A stretch of 64,000 nt of DNA, from contig CM114271.1 of NCBI GenBank assembly GCA_050084515.1, forward strand, positions 28,582,001-28,646,000, written 5' to 3'. The notes below the pieces were generated by a model. That model saw nothing but the letters and a program-made list of their open reading frames with translations, had not been told where the DNA came from and did no database searches. Position 1 is the first letter of the stretch, and every line of letters begins with the position of its first letter. Positions 22,365 through 34,119 of this stretch are shown here, piece after piece. The position numbers and the translations under genes are program-made. Source of the DNA: Blasia pusilla (Eukaryota).

Positions 22365-25300
22365 AACAGGGCGTGCAGACCAACAAGTTAAAGAGTCTAC
22401 AGGATTTTCAATGAAGATCAGATGAGAGTCTAAGAGAGACGTTCATACGCATGCGGAGACTGATCATTGCAATATATGGGGTGACTAAGCTGCAGTCGGG
22501 ACCAGGAGCTATGGAGGAGAGTTTGGGATGTGATGTTGCTTCACACGCCAAAGCCCACATTAAAGATGGTCTTCGAGTTGTCAGAGCAGGTAGAGCTCAA
22601 TGTGAGTGATCGAGGAGCAGGTGATGACCACATAATTTTCATGGGATTTGACGGGTTTGCAAGTAGGAGTAGCCCCATAAGTGCTCCAGCATGCACCAGT
22701 ACAACGAGAGCGAGCCTGTGGGCCTAAAGAGTAGGGCGGGTATTGTAAGTCGCTCACACAACAGCCCGTGTCAACATATGTTACCTAGTAGGGACCAAGG
22801 TTGGCTTGTTGGACGTGTGGTGGGCCATATAGGCAGAGGAACCACCCACACCATGGTAGAGGGCCAAGGACACCTTCGATTGTTGAGGAGCCACCTCAGA
22901 TGGCCCCACCACAATTGTAGTGTGATCATTGTTTCCGATGTGGTCACACTAGGGATAGGTATTTTGATCTTCGTCGGGAGATACGTCTAGAGGCAGGCAG
23001 AGGACCTAAGGGTGAGAGAGTTGGTGGAGATTGAGTACTGGATGATCATGGTGGTAGAGTTCCATCACCAATCACAAGAGATGGAGGGAGTGCACCCGAT
23101 GCAACATTCCTTTCTCGCGTCGATTAGTTGGAGTAGAGGATTGCTACCATGATGGTCATGCAGCTAGGGACAGGCACAAAGCTGAGAGTAGCTAGTGTGG
23201 CTCCAACCCCATGTCTTACCATGATACGAGTGAGGATTCTTGTGGTATGGGATTTATGTGTAGTGCAGCTCAGGTTGAGGCTGTTGCGGAGGTCACTCGG
23301 GGTGCTGCGAGAGTAACCGCGCCATCGAGAGGTGGGATTGAGATTAACCGAGAGAAAGGGACCCATGGGCGGCAAGCCAGGGTTCCTAGTCGTTCACGTT
23401 GTTGGAGGCACTTCATATACTGTCAATTGGCGCCTCGACGACCAGTAGTACCAACGGGTGGGACAGGTATGTCGACGTTATGAGGAGTTGGAGAGACGAC
23501 TCCTATGTCAGCTTGGATGGAGCCTTTGTTGACCACATTGTTGGAGGTGGCCACTAGGATGAACCAACCTCCGTTGTTTTCTATCATAGAGTTGGCGGCA
23601 AAGGGAGTCAGACTAGCGGAGGCGTTCTGGCTGGCCACCATGTTGTGTGAGCGTGGAGAGGTGACTCCCTCTCATTCAGAGATATTTGAGGAGATGGTGG
23701 ATGTATCCTCGGATCAGGTGCTCAAGACGTCCCCCACTCAATCATGACATGTTGCGATGATAAAGTTGGTAGATATGCCAACTAGGCCAGCGATAGAGCG
23801 AGCCATGATCACAGCAAGTGTGGTATTGTTGGATAACCGAGCAAGAGTGCTTTGCTTGGTTAGTCCCATAGGTACAGTGTACCACCTACTGCGCGTACTA
23901 CTTGATTCGAGAGCGCAACTCTCGAGGTTACGGAAGGTGGTGTATTTAGCGTTGGGGTTACGGAAAGGCGACATCCAATAATGTCCCTTTCAGATATAGA
24001 CCTCTATTAGGGGCGTATCACCCACGCGGTTCATGACTCGATAGGAGTTGGTGGTTAGACTCGAGCCATAGCATGAGACAGATAGTGTGATGGTACACAC
24101 TCGGGCGATTACGACACCGACAAAGTCATATGATGTGTTGCTTGGGAGTACGGTGTTGTATTCCCTTGGTTTTATCTTGGATTTTTGGGAGGAGACAATT
24201 TCTTATCGGCCATGGTAGCAATCAGGTGATGGATGACTCGATGAGCCATCTACCGATGAAATTTGCAGGGGGTAGTGATGGTCGACCACGTGAGGATACA
24301 GTTACCACATCGGCAACATTCACAAGTGGTGTTAGTTGATCAAGAGGGTTTGAGGAGAGGAGTACACATATGGAGGACATTCCCATAGCGGATAGTCCCA
24401 CAGAGAGACATGCCAGTGTGGGTGTCTCTTCCCATGGTGCGGAGCTTCTTTATTGTTGTTAGGGATGAGCGTTGAGTTGCGTGGAGTCCAAACGAGCTCG
24501 TGAGGCAGTCGTGGAGTCATGCCTGTTTCTTGGAGCAGATAGAGTCAGGTGAAGGTCGTACTCTTGGGATGGAGACTTCATATCTTCGGGTACCATATGT
24601 GGTAGCGTTTGGAGCAGGGTAGGAGAGTGTTAGATCTCTTACGAGGGATCAACACGACAGGTACTTGCAGTGTTGCAATGTTGGAGGGACAACAACACCG
24701 ATGGTGCTAGATGTGTATAGGATAGTAGATCATGTAGGGCATATATGCGTGTGTTGTCTGGAGTTAGGGGCACCCAAATGCCAGCTAGGGGGGCGGTTGT
24801 GGGATCTTGATGTATATGAGTGAGTTAGTTTGGTTTATGGATAGATCGACCCTTGTGTTGGGAAGATTGGTATTGTGTGGTGTGTAGATGTGGGTTGTGT
24901 AGCGATGTGTTTGGGCACGACAATTGTCACATCTTAGTAGGTGATAGGTAGAGATCTATCGCAGTGACGACATAGAGAGCTGGCGGACTGTCTTGAGTGT
25001 AACTTCGTTCCGAGGTGTTGGATGAGGTTGAGGATAGGTCCATTGTGTTAGGAACGTTGTTTCTGAGAACTTTTTTATTTTGGTCGTTGTCAACCGGATG
25101 ACTTGTTGAGCAGGTCATCCACCCCCTAGTAACCTGTGCACATAGGTTACCACGAGGATTGTTAGTTTTAGGGAAAGAGCCTTTTGGTTCTTCCTACATC
25201 TATATAAGGGAGAGAGATGGCTTTCCCAAACCATCTTTCTTATGTTGGGCCGTTGGAGCACCTCTCTTGCTCGTGTGTGAGATAGGACCAAGGTGCTAGC

Positions 25301-25541
25301 GTCCAGACTCCCTCATCGCGGAGGGTGGATGAGGCTCGATATGTCGATGTCGATTGAACAGTGGAGTTTTAGGTCGGGTGTGCCATTTTCACTCTTATTT
25401 TTGTTGTGGGATCTCGATGTATATGTGTGAGTTTGTTTGGTTTATGGATGGATCAACCAGTGTGATGGGAAGATCGGTGTTGTGTGGTGTGTAGATGTGA
25501 CCAACGATGTGGGTTGTGTAGCAATGTATATGCGCAAGACA
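22365..25541 (+). mobile_element. Second, diverged, 5'-truncated and internally deleted copy of the DNMT-Gypsy family
   Basis: Colinear with 8665-10930 (gag, protease VLLDSRAQ, MTase motif I start RVLDL at ~24625). It then jumps to a PPT-like AGGGGGGCG and B1 24796-24922, A2 24925-25402, B2 25403-25541. Confidence 0.9.
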
Positions 25542-25858
25542 AAGTAGAAAAAAAGAGCACGAGAACGAAGGAGGAACCTCTTGCGTCTACCATAGAAAAG
25601 AAGACGACAAGAGAAAGAATTTAAATTATAAACAATTTTTTAAAAAATTAGCAAGAATATAATTATAACATTTGAATTGTCCCTTAAAATCTAAAACATA
25701 TATGATGGATTGAAAAAACTAGAGGAGAATGATGGAAAAAAAGTCCAATGAAAATAAGGAAATTTAAAATATCTATTATAGTAAAAATGAAAAATACTTA
25801 AGAAAGAGAAAAAAAAGATATAAAGAAGGTTGACGGAGAGGGAGACTCATGAGGGAAA

Positions 25859-26350
25859 TCTATAGTAGTATGGGAGAGTGCCTTCTTAATTTGCAAACAT
25901 CTCTCTACTTCAGACGTGGCAATTGGGCAGCAAGAAAATGTTTCACATGCTACGGGCAGCAAGAAAAAATTGAATTTATGTGTAGCATTATTAACATCTT
26001 CCCTTCACGGCCAATACACTAGCTCTTCAAACACTTTTTTATTTCGCGTGGATTGCAGTGACATCTTATATCTATATATTATTGGAGAGTGCCTTCTTGA
26101 TTCGCAAACACCTCTATGCTTGACACGTGGTAATTGAACAATAAGAAAATCTTTCACATGCTACGGACACTAAGAAAAAAAATTGAATTTATGTGGAGTA
26201 TCATTAATCTCTTTCCTTCACGGCCTATACACTAGCTCTTCAAATACTTTTTTATTTCGCGTGCATCGCACGGGCACCTTATCTATATTATTATGAGAGA
26301 ATACCTTTTTAATTTGCAAACATCTATGCTTGACACGTGACAATTGAATT
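25859..26350 (+). repeat. About 212-bp tandem repeat (2.3 units) with Helitron-like motifs
   Basis: Units start TCTATA at 25859, 26071 and 26282; CACGGCC.ATACACTAG in two units; hairpin CGTGCATCGCACG near 26260. Confidence 0.7.
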
Positions 26351-26598
26351 TTTTTTTCCGTACTATAAAAATTAAATTATTATTTTGAACTCATATAAAA
26401 CATCATTAATCTCTTCTAAATTAAATTTGAATATATATTAAATTTTCAAAAGTTTTTAATTTCCCAAGTGGAGGTTTGCTAATAGTTGTGGGGAATTCCC
26501 AAGGGAGGCGGGAATTATTGTTTCAGCGGTTTGCGGGCTTGGGTGGCTGAAACCGGCTGAGAACCTCCGGCCAGCATGCGGTTTCGGCGGCCCAATTG

Positions 26599-26645
26599 GA
26601 TAAGGACCTTAGTGTACTTACTTCCGCCAGCCAATCTTATCTTAT
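26599..26645 (+). promoter_or_regulatory. I-box (GATAAG) and CCAAT motifs upstream of the PsbP-domain gene
   Basis: GATAAGG at 26599-26605, then CCAATCTTATC (CCAAT plus reverse GATAAG) at 26631. These are typical of light-regulated promoters but are short motifs. Confidence 0.4.
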
Positions 26646-26767
26646 TAAATCTGCTTCCTATCTCCTTTCTCACGAGGAGGAAGTGAGGTAACATACTCTG
26701 CCGGATTCCCTGCTATGTCCGCAGTCGACCTCTTACAACGACCTCTTACAACTCACTCTTGCTCGCC

Positions 26768-28676
26768 ATGAATCTGGCAGTGTGTAGTAGAGGAACATCC
26801 ATGGCAAGACTTTTACCTGCACGCATCTTGTCATTAGCATCCGCTTCAACCTCTGGAGGCATTGGCTTACCGCCATTGGAGGTTCGGCAGTCGCAATGCT
26901 GGAGAATTCGCGCTCACCTGGTGTGTACGGAAGGACGTGGAGATGATTTGGGCCGAAGGAAGGCGTGCTTAGAGATAGCGATTGCCCTGGCGTCCGGGGG
27001 ATTTTGGTCTACGACACGAGAAAATGCGACCGCGCGGGAGGTGGAGGTAGGATCTTACTTGCCCGTGTCCACCATCGACCCCAATTTTGTGCAGTTCAGG
27101 GCTTCCACGAAAGATACGCCTGCTCTTCGAGCCGGTAAGGAGTCCTTTCTACTACCCTCACAATAAATCTCTGATGACCCATGGCCTACCTGTGAGATGC
27201 AAAATCTGAGGGGCAGTTGATCTGCAGCAACTTACAGGCGCTGACGCGATCTTCATGCAGCATTCCTTTCCCCTCCATCGATTGTTTGTTGCAAATGATG
27301 CGAGAATTGTGAGGTGTGAATCCGAGGGGTAGTAGCTGATGCGTAATAGCGTGAGTGGTTATGCGAGTGCGTATAACGTTCATTCCTTGGACTCTCTCTG
27401 GGTTTGATTGCTGTCTAGAGCTACTGCCTGGTGAAACGAGCCTTCGAAAGTTCAATTCAGCAGTTCATTTTGGAAGGATGAATGGAGTAGGAGCACTTCT
27501 CCCCTAAGAAAACTTCTGTTAAGCCAGAATTGTAAGGGTTATAAAGCCCACGCTGATATTTTCTAATTCCATCTAGAACTGAGTAGGTAAGTATATTACT
27601 TCAAGCCTCAGGACGGAAACTCGTGCCGTGTGCATAAATCTCATATTCTCTCGAAGGAATCTTCTTATTAAACCATCTATAGCTGTTGCTCATATGCATG
27701 TATATGCAAACTCTTCTTCTATAGAGAGGAAGGGTTGTAGAGTGCAGGGAAAGGAAGATGGCTGAGGCAGGCGTGAATGTCAGGCAATGTGCAGCCGTAT
27801 GAATTTGTCCTCCCTCCGACATGGAAGCAAGAGCGGGTTGCCAACATTCTCTCGGGAAATTACTGTCAGCCCAAGTGCGCGGAACCATGGGTTGAGGTGA
27901 AGTTTGCAGATTCGAAGCAAGGCGCCATCCAAGTGGTGGCATCGCCGATGGTACGTCTCACGAATAAGCCCAAAGCCTCCATCGAGGAAATTGGAGACCC
28001 CGAAAAAATTATCTCAGCTTTGGGGCCTTTTGTTACTGGCAACAGCTATGATCCGGAGGAAGTGATCGAGACAAATGTCGAACGCCGGGGTGATCAAACT
28101 GTAAGTGCGATTGTTCTTGTGAAGCATTATCAAAGATGAAAAACCAGCAGTTGATATTTCTTTAGCGATGTCCACTAACTGGATTCTTGAGTAGATCAGG
28201 ATCCAAAACATATCCTCGACCCACCTTCCTGTTGATGGCGTTAAATATTGACTGACATTATTAGAAGGATTGCAGGGTGGGTGTAAATACAGGACCTCCT
28301 AAATCGCACGGAACGGCAGATAGCTGGGATAGTTTTGCAAATCGGTGTCTAGGTTTGCAGAGTACAGTCTAGATAATTTTCCCTTGATCTAAAGTGCATC
28401 GAAATAATATCTAGCCGCTTGCGGCAGTTCTTGCTTTTTGAAGTTGAAAGTTGACAGTGATCCCGGGACGTCGGAGGTATCAGATTCTTGTGTGGTATGA
28501 TGCAGTATTATACCTATCAGCTAGAGACTCCGTTTGCGAGGACTGGACAACATAACTTGGCTACAGCAACGGCGAAAGGAAGTGTGGTGATGCTGTTTGT
28601 TGTGAGTGCCTCTGATGCACAGTGGTCGACCTCAGAGAAGCTTCTCAGAGCTATCGTGGAGTCGTTTGCCGTTTAA
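26768..28676 (+). CDS. PPD6: PsbP domain-containing protein 6, thylakoid lumen (exons 26768-27134, 27784-28100, 28506-28676; 284 aa)
   Basis: GT-AG introns join to an open frame; transit peptide, twin-arginine RR and ATA cleavage site; REVEVGSYLP...DTPALRAGNVQPYEFVLPP...ANILSGNYCQPKCAEPWVEVKF...LGPFVTGNSYD signature. Confidence 0.93.
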
Positions 28677-29159
28677 GCGTCAGTTCATTTGAGAATGTTT
28701 TTGATATGAGCCTGTTTTGGGGTGCATCAACTGCAGCTCGTCCAATATGATGTCTGTTTGTTAAGCAATTCTTCGTAAAAGCTCAGGGCTTCCAAGTGTA
28801 GGGAAAGAAGTTTTTACTCTCCAAACCAACTGTCAGGATACTCACAATGGCCCTCAATGAAGAGTGTCTCGGGTATTTCTTACATTGTGTAGAACAAGGC
28901 TGGAATAACGCCTGAACAAGTTGTCTTGGTCATACAAATCTCATACCAATCAATGGAAACAAAGTGTTGATTGATAAACGTTCTACCGACTACAAACAGC
29001 TGTAAACCCTCACTTAAGTATTACTCAACCTATCACATCTTTGTAACGGCTTCCCACAACAATGAATAATCCTCGTTCCAAAACTCCCACTCATCAATCA
29101 ATTCTGACTTTTCAATCAAATATTCATGTTTGTCTTAAGTAACTCTTAATTGAAGTATA

Positions 29160-30550
29160 GGCTATCATACCACTTGTAGAACATGTGAAGTTATGGATCC
29201 TTTTTGGACCTGCAGGTTTGTATAATGATAGTGAATGTGAATATGCTGATTTTGGTTATGGTGCTTTGTTTTCCAAAAGTTGACCACTTGTAATATTCAC
29301 TCTTTCTAATATATTTAAAGTTTGCAAGCAATCTTATCAAATAAATGGTCTTTGATGTTCCATTAATTGAAGGCATATATTCAACTTAGCATGTTATCCT
29401 TAGTTATTTGCTTGCTTAATTCATCACTCCAATTATTAGGGAACAATGTTTCCTCGTCGACCTTCTTGAGTTGAAAGCACCCCCCCCTTCTTGGCAACCG
29501 TAAAATCTTGTAAGAGTTGATAACACTTGCCTACTTGGAATTTGTAAAATCTTGTAAGTGTAGAATTGTTTCTTGCCCACTTAAGTAAAGACGGATGTGG
29601 GGGAGTTCCATTCATGTAGAGGCAAATCGTTTTCATATCGGTCCAATGCATTGGACCAAGTTCTAGACATAAATCTAGGTACTCTTTCAATCGGGTGACA
29701 ATGTTAGGTCCATTGGATCAAGGTCTAGACATAAGTCTATATACTCTTTCAATCGGGTGACAATGTTAGGTCTAGTGCATACGATTGGCCATGTTTAATT
29801 CCAACCATACTTTGGTATGGGATTTTTCCCAACATTTTTTTCCTCCAATGTGGTATGATAACCTTTGGTTGTGCCATTGGCTATATTTTATTCCAACAAT
29901 ACTTTGTTATGGAATTCTTTCCAACATGTTGCTCCTCAAATGTGGTAGAACAATCTTTGGTTGTGAATGCAGTCTCGAGTTGGATGGGTGTATCAATTGG
30001 CTTGTGATCTGCCATAATTGAGTTTCTTGAACAAGTACCTTTGTTGAAAAATTTGCATCCATCCTTCTTCTTGGAGACTTCATTCCAAGAAGTTCATGAA
30101 TTTCTTCCATTTCTTTGCGAATGCTCTACTTTGAAGATAGTTCGTCACATGTATCCTCTTCCTAATAGGATTTCTTAGGATAGAGTTGGAATATTAGACA
30201 AAGAACAACCTTAATGACTGTTATAATGTTTTGTTTTACCTAGTTTGGTTGAGGCTTAGGGGGAGTTTTGAATTGGCATTGAATGCCATATTTTACACAC
30301 AATGCATTGAAGTCTCCATATGTGTTCTTTCATTATCACACCTTAGACATTTATCTTTTCTCCTTTTTTGGATTGTCATATAAGTCTTGTACTTCTTGAA
30401 AGTACTCAATGTTTCATGCTTAAATTTTGAGCTATTTACTTGACGAGTCTCGAGATCGACCATTGTAACTAGACCAATTCCTATATATTTTAGTTCATTT
30501 AGTCGAATTCTTTTACACACATAGTAAACATATTCATTGTCCACTCACAA
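29160..30550 (-). mobile_element. Highly decayed LTR retrotransposon remnant, probably Ty1/Copia
   Basis: Integrase-like KHETLSTFKKYK...KCLRCDNE (30293-30544); PPT-like AAGAAGGGGGGGG near 29480-29492; degenerate PBS TGGTATGATAGC at 29161-29172 beside a TG/CA end. Confidence 0.5.
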
Positions 30551-31471
30551 AGTCATAGGCGGCTAGCACTTAGTAGTTGACTTGAGATGGTTGTATGTAC
30601 TTTTGGTTAGACGAAGGATACAACATGTTCTTAGTATCTTCCCACCAATTTCAGCTTTTTGAACGTACTTACCATCTATAGGTACAACCTTTTAGTGAAG
30701 GACTTTCCCGCACGTAGGTGGCAAGTGTCTGAAAGGGCTCATGGACTCTAGACATAGGATTTTGAACTTGCGCGATTCGGAAGTGAAAAGATATGCCCAA
30801 GGCAACAATGTATGGTTTTTTTGTAGTTGGTGACAATGGGAAGTTCATATGCATTGCATGCAACTTCCAAAAACTACGAGAATCGAGGTTATGAAGTTGC
30901 TCTATTCTAAGAACCAAACTTCAAACATTATACATCATTCCCCATGTCCCCTTCCACTGTGCACAATGCAAGAACTCACACATGTGGCGCACTTGGTGTT
31001 AGTCGGTGTAGGCATTTATTTGGTTAGGAATCGAGATGAGAGCATTTTTGTCATCCATGTCGAACATCTCTCTACGTTTCTTGCTTGCAATTGGCAAGCC
31101 TGAAATTCCATTCTAGGAATGAGCAGGCATAAATTCAAGGGGACATCATGCAATGAGCAAATTAATATTTTACAAATGAGGATATCATGGCCTTGGTGGT
31201 AAGGGGTGGAATGTAAAGGAAGAGGACGTTGTTAATGACGCTACCCATGGATTAGACGATACAACAACATATTGTTTTCGTTTTGTCGTTGATGTTCACA
31301 AGGAAGAAGAGGAAGTAACACCAATTTTGAAAAATATGGTAAATTAAAATATTTATGGATTTTCGACTCCCTTGATAATTTTGAATTCCTTGAAGGAGTG
31401 TTTCTAAGTAAAATTAATACTTAAGTTCATTTAATCTAAATCAAAATCTTCCCCACAATAACAAGTCCACT

Positions 31472-31700
31472 CACTAGAAGAAAATCATGATTTTTATGAC
31501 TAGGATCCAAATGACTAGGACTTATGATTAAAATCTCCCTTAGTCATATGGTTGTAGTATCTTTCCAAAAAATAACACTATTTTAGTCACATAGAAATAT
31601 GACTGAGTCATTGACTCATTTGAGAACATGACTCAATCATATACAAGAATGACGTATCCAATAGTGAGTTATTTTACACTCAATATGACTGAGTCATACT
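31472..31700 (+). mobile_element. CACTA (En/Spm) transposon terminus
   Basis: CACTAGAAGAAAA followed by clustered ATGACT/AGTCA subterminal repeats in both orientations; no partner end found. Confidence 0.6.
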
Positions 31701-32689
31701 AAATGTTAGATGTTTATAAGGCTTTGGATAAATTTAGGGTTCAAAAATTTTTGGGAGAAGCAATTCTCCTTGTAATAGACCATACTAAGGTAACACCCGC
31801 GAAAGGGTTTAGAGTGTTTAGACAACGATTGAGACCCCCAAAAGGAGTTGAGCAACATTCTAAAATAGTTAAGGTATGTAGGAGGGGTAGCAGAGTATGG
31901 AAGGGAAGAAAATTGAGGAGAAGAAAAGTGAATGGGCGCTTGCGATTAGGTGTGTGAGCATATGTGGGCAGGAGACTGTGCAGTAAGGGGAATTCAAGCG
32001 TAAGAAGTAAGCACACAAGTAGGGCGGGAGTCAAGAGAGGAGAGAAGATAGTGAAGAAGAAAGCTAGCGTGGGAGCGGAGAGATAGAGGAGCAAGAGAGA
32101 GGTGTAGGAGGTGCAAGAGATCGAGAATGCAATACATTGAGAGGTGCCAGAAGTGCAGCTGTAGAGGGTTTACGTGCTTCGAGTTGCAACCACAAAGAGT
32201 GACAGAGGGCGCAAGGATCGGTAAGAAGGGAAACATGCACCATCTTGTGAGCAAGGGCCTAGAAGATTGGGATTTCAATCATGCTAGAAATTCCATGTGA
32301 CCCCATATTTTATGAGGGTTCAATGGCTTTAGGATTTCAACAACAATACCAGACATGAGATAGTTATATGAAATAAGAATATGAGAAGCCTGGATGGTGA
32401 TACACCATTTGCAATGTTTGATATGATAGTTTCCAAAGAGAGAAAGTTGAAGTAGGATGGCACTAGATATATGTTCCTTATAAGAAAATGAGCACAGTGA
32501 ACTTATTTAATAAAAAATGTGTATTAGATCTCCTTGATTGAAGTTATTAAGCAGTCGGGGCCGTGGCAAGAGAGCAATTTTAGGTGAAGTATATACTGGT
32601 TCCAAATGTTTCTCTACTCATATGTCAAAATCTCACCAGATAGGACATGAGGTCAATTATGGAAATTAGTCAAGACTTTATGTATTATG

Positions 32690-33960
32690 GCTTAAATATT
32701 AAAGTTGCTAGGAGTGATGATAGAAAGAACTTGCAAAGGCTGTATCTTTGTGGTGGATTTTTCTCTCAAGCTGCAATTTGTAGGAAAGTTGGACGTTGCC
32801 AAGGCGCACAACTGCTGACAATTTCAAGCACAACCAAATTATAGAGAAGAATTTGTGTGGTCTTGGAGATTCAACTCTTGGAGATTTGAGGATTGGAGTT
32901 CAGAATCTTGCAGAGGCTGTATCTTTGTGGTGGGTTGTGATCTCAAGGTGAAATTTGCAAGGAAGTTGGAGGTTGCTAAGGCGCACAACAAATAAAAATT
33001 TCAAGCACAATTGACTTATAGAGTAGAAGTTGTGTGGTGTTGGAGATTTGCTACGCTTGATTGGAGGTCATGCAATATCTTGGGATGTTGTGAAGTCCAT
33101 TTCATGATGACTACTCAAGATGAAATCTTGAATCTAGTACAAACGGTCTTGCATGAACTGAAAGAGCTTCGAAAAAAAATTCAAGGTACAAACTTCTCAA
33201 TTGAACCTTGCACATATTCAAACTAGAGAGTTGAAAACAACGCAAGAGATCTTGAAGAAGGTGTTGAAAGATAGCTCTAGTATGATGGTGGTTCTTTCCA
33301 AATCTGTTGCGGATGTTGAAGAGAAGGCATCATCATTAGCGACTACTGCTAATAGTTCAGGATTGCATAAGGTTATTGAAATTTTGGAAGTGAAAATGAA
33401 ATCTTATGTTGAAACTACAAAGGCTTCTTATATCTCTTGCTATCAAGAGCAAGAGATAGAAAAAGAAAACCAATTTGCTCATAGAAATGAGCATACAAAG
33501 AATGTGAGAATCTCAGATTTGCCGAAAACAGAGAGTCAAGACGTGAAGAGTGTTGTCACCAAGTTCTTGGTTGATATACTTCATGGTCACAACGGAGACT
33601 TGGCTCAAGCTTTCCGCATTGGTAAAAAGGGAAGACAATCTCGTTCCATTCTACTTAAGTTTGTTGATCAAACTCAACGTGATACGGCCATGGCTAACAA
33701 GGCCATTCTCAAAGGAAGGAGGATATTGTTGGATCCTGATCTTACCCCTCTACAAGTTGAAGCTAGGAGAAAGGAGCTTGCAAAGGTCAAAGAGGCTCAA
33801 GAAGTAGGTTTAATTGCTTATCTATGCGATGGTCAAGCAATTGTTACCCAGAGAAAGAGAGACTTATCAACCAAGCAATCCAAGAAGTTGAGAGTGTTGA
33901 TTTGGATTATATGAGGCCTTTCAATGACAAAGTTTTTGTGAGTGCTCTATCACTTTGAAA
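32690..33960 (+). mobile_element. LINE 5' fragment: monomers, ORF1 (33201-33914) and first codons of ORF2
   Basis: ORF1 homologous to the other copies; reads into KKLRVLIWI, the APE start. Confidence 0.9.
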
Positions 33961-34110
33961 GATGGTAAATGGTAAATAGATCAAGCCCATGAGACCCAAA
34001 GGTTCAAAAGGCTAAAAAACACTTTACAAGTAATACACTGACACAGAAAAACACCCGAAAGGCATTCTCCTAGCTAATGCCTAAAGCACTTGAGCGATGC
34101 ATAATGATAT
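33961..34110 (-). mobile_element. LINE 3' end fragment
   Basis: GGTAAATGGTAAATAGATCAAGCCC is the reverse complement of the family terminus and tail. Confidence 0.8.
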
Positions 34111-34119
34111 AAAAAGCTA

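Noticed and set aside
29650-29780. Roughly 60-bp tandem duplication
   Set aside because: It is a local duplication inside a decayed TE with no further structure.
31700-32280. Overlapping ORFs in a purine-rich stretch
   Set aside because: Low-complexity composition with no recognisable domain.
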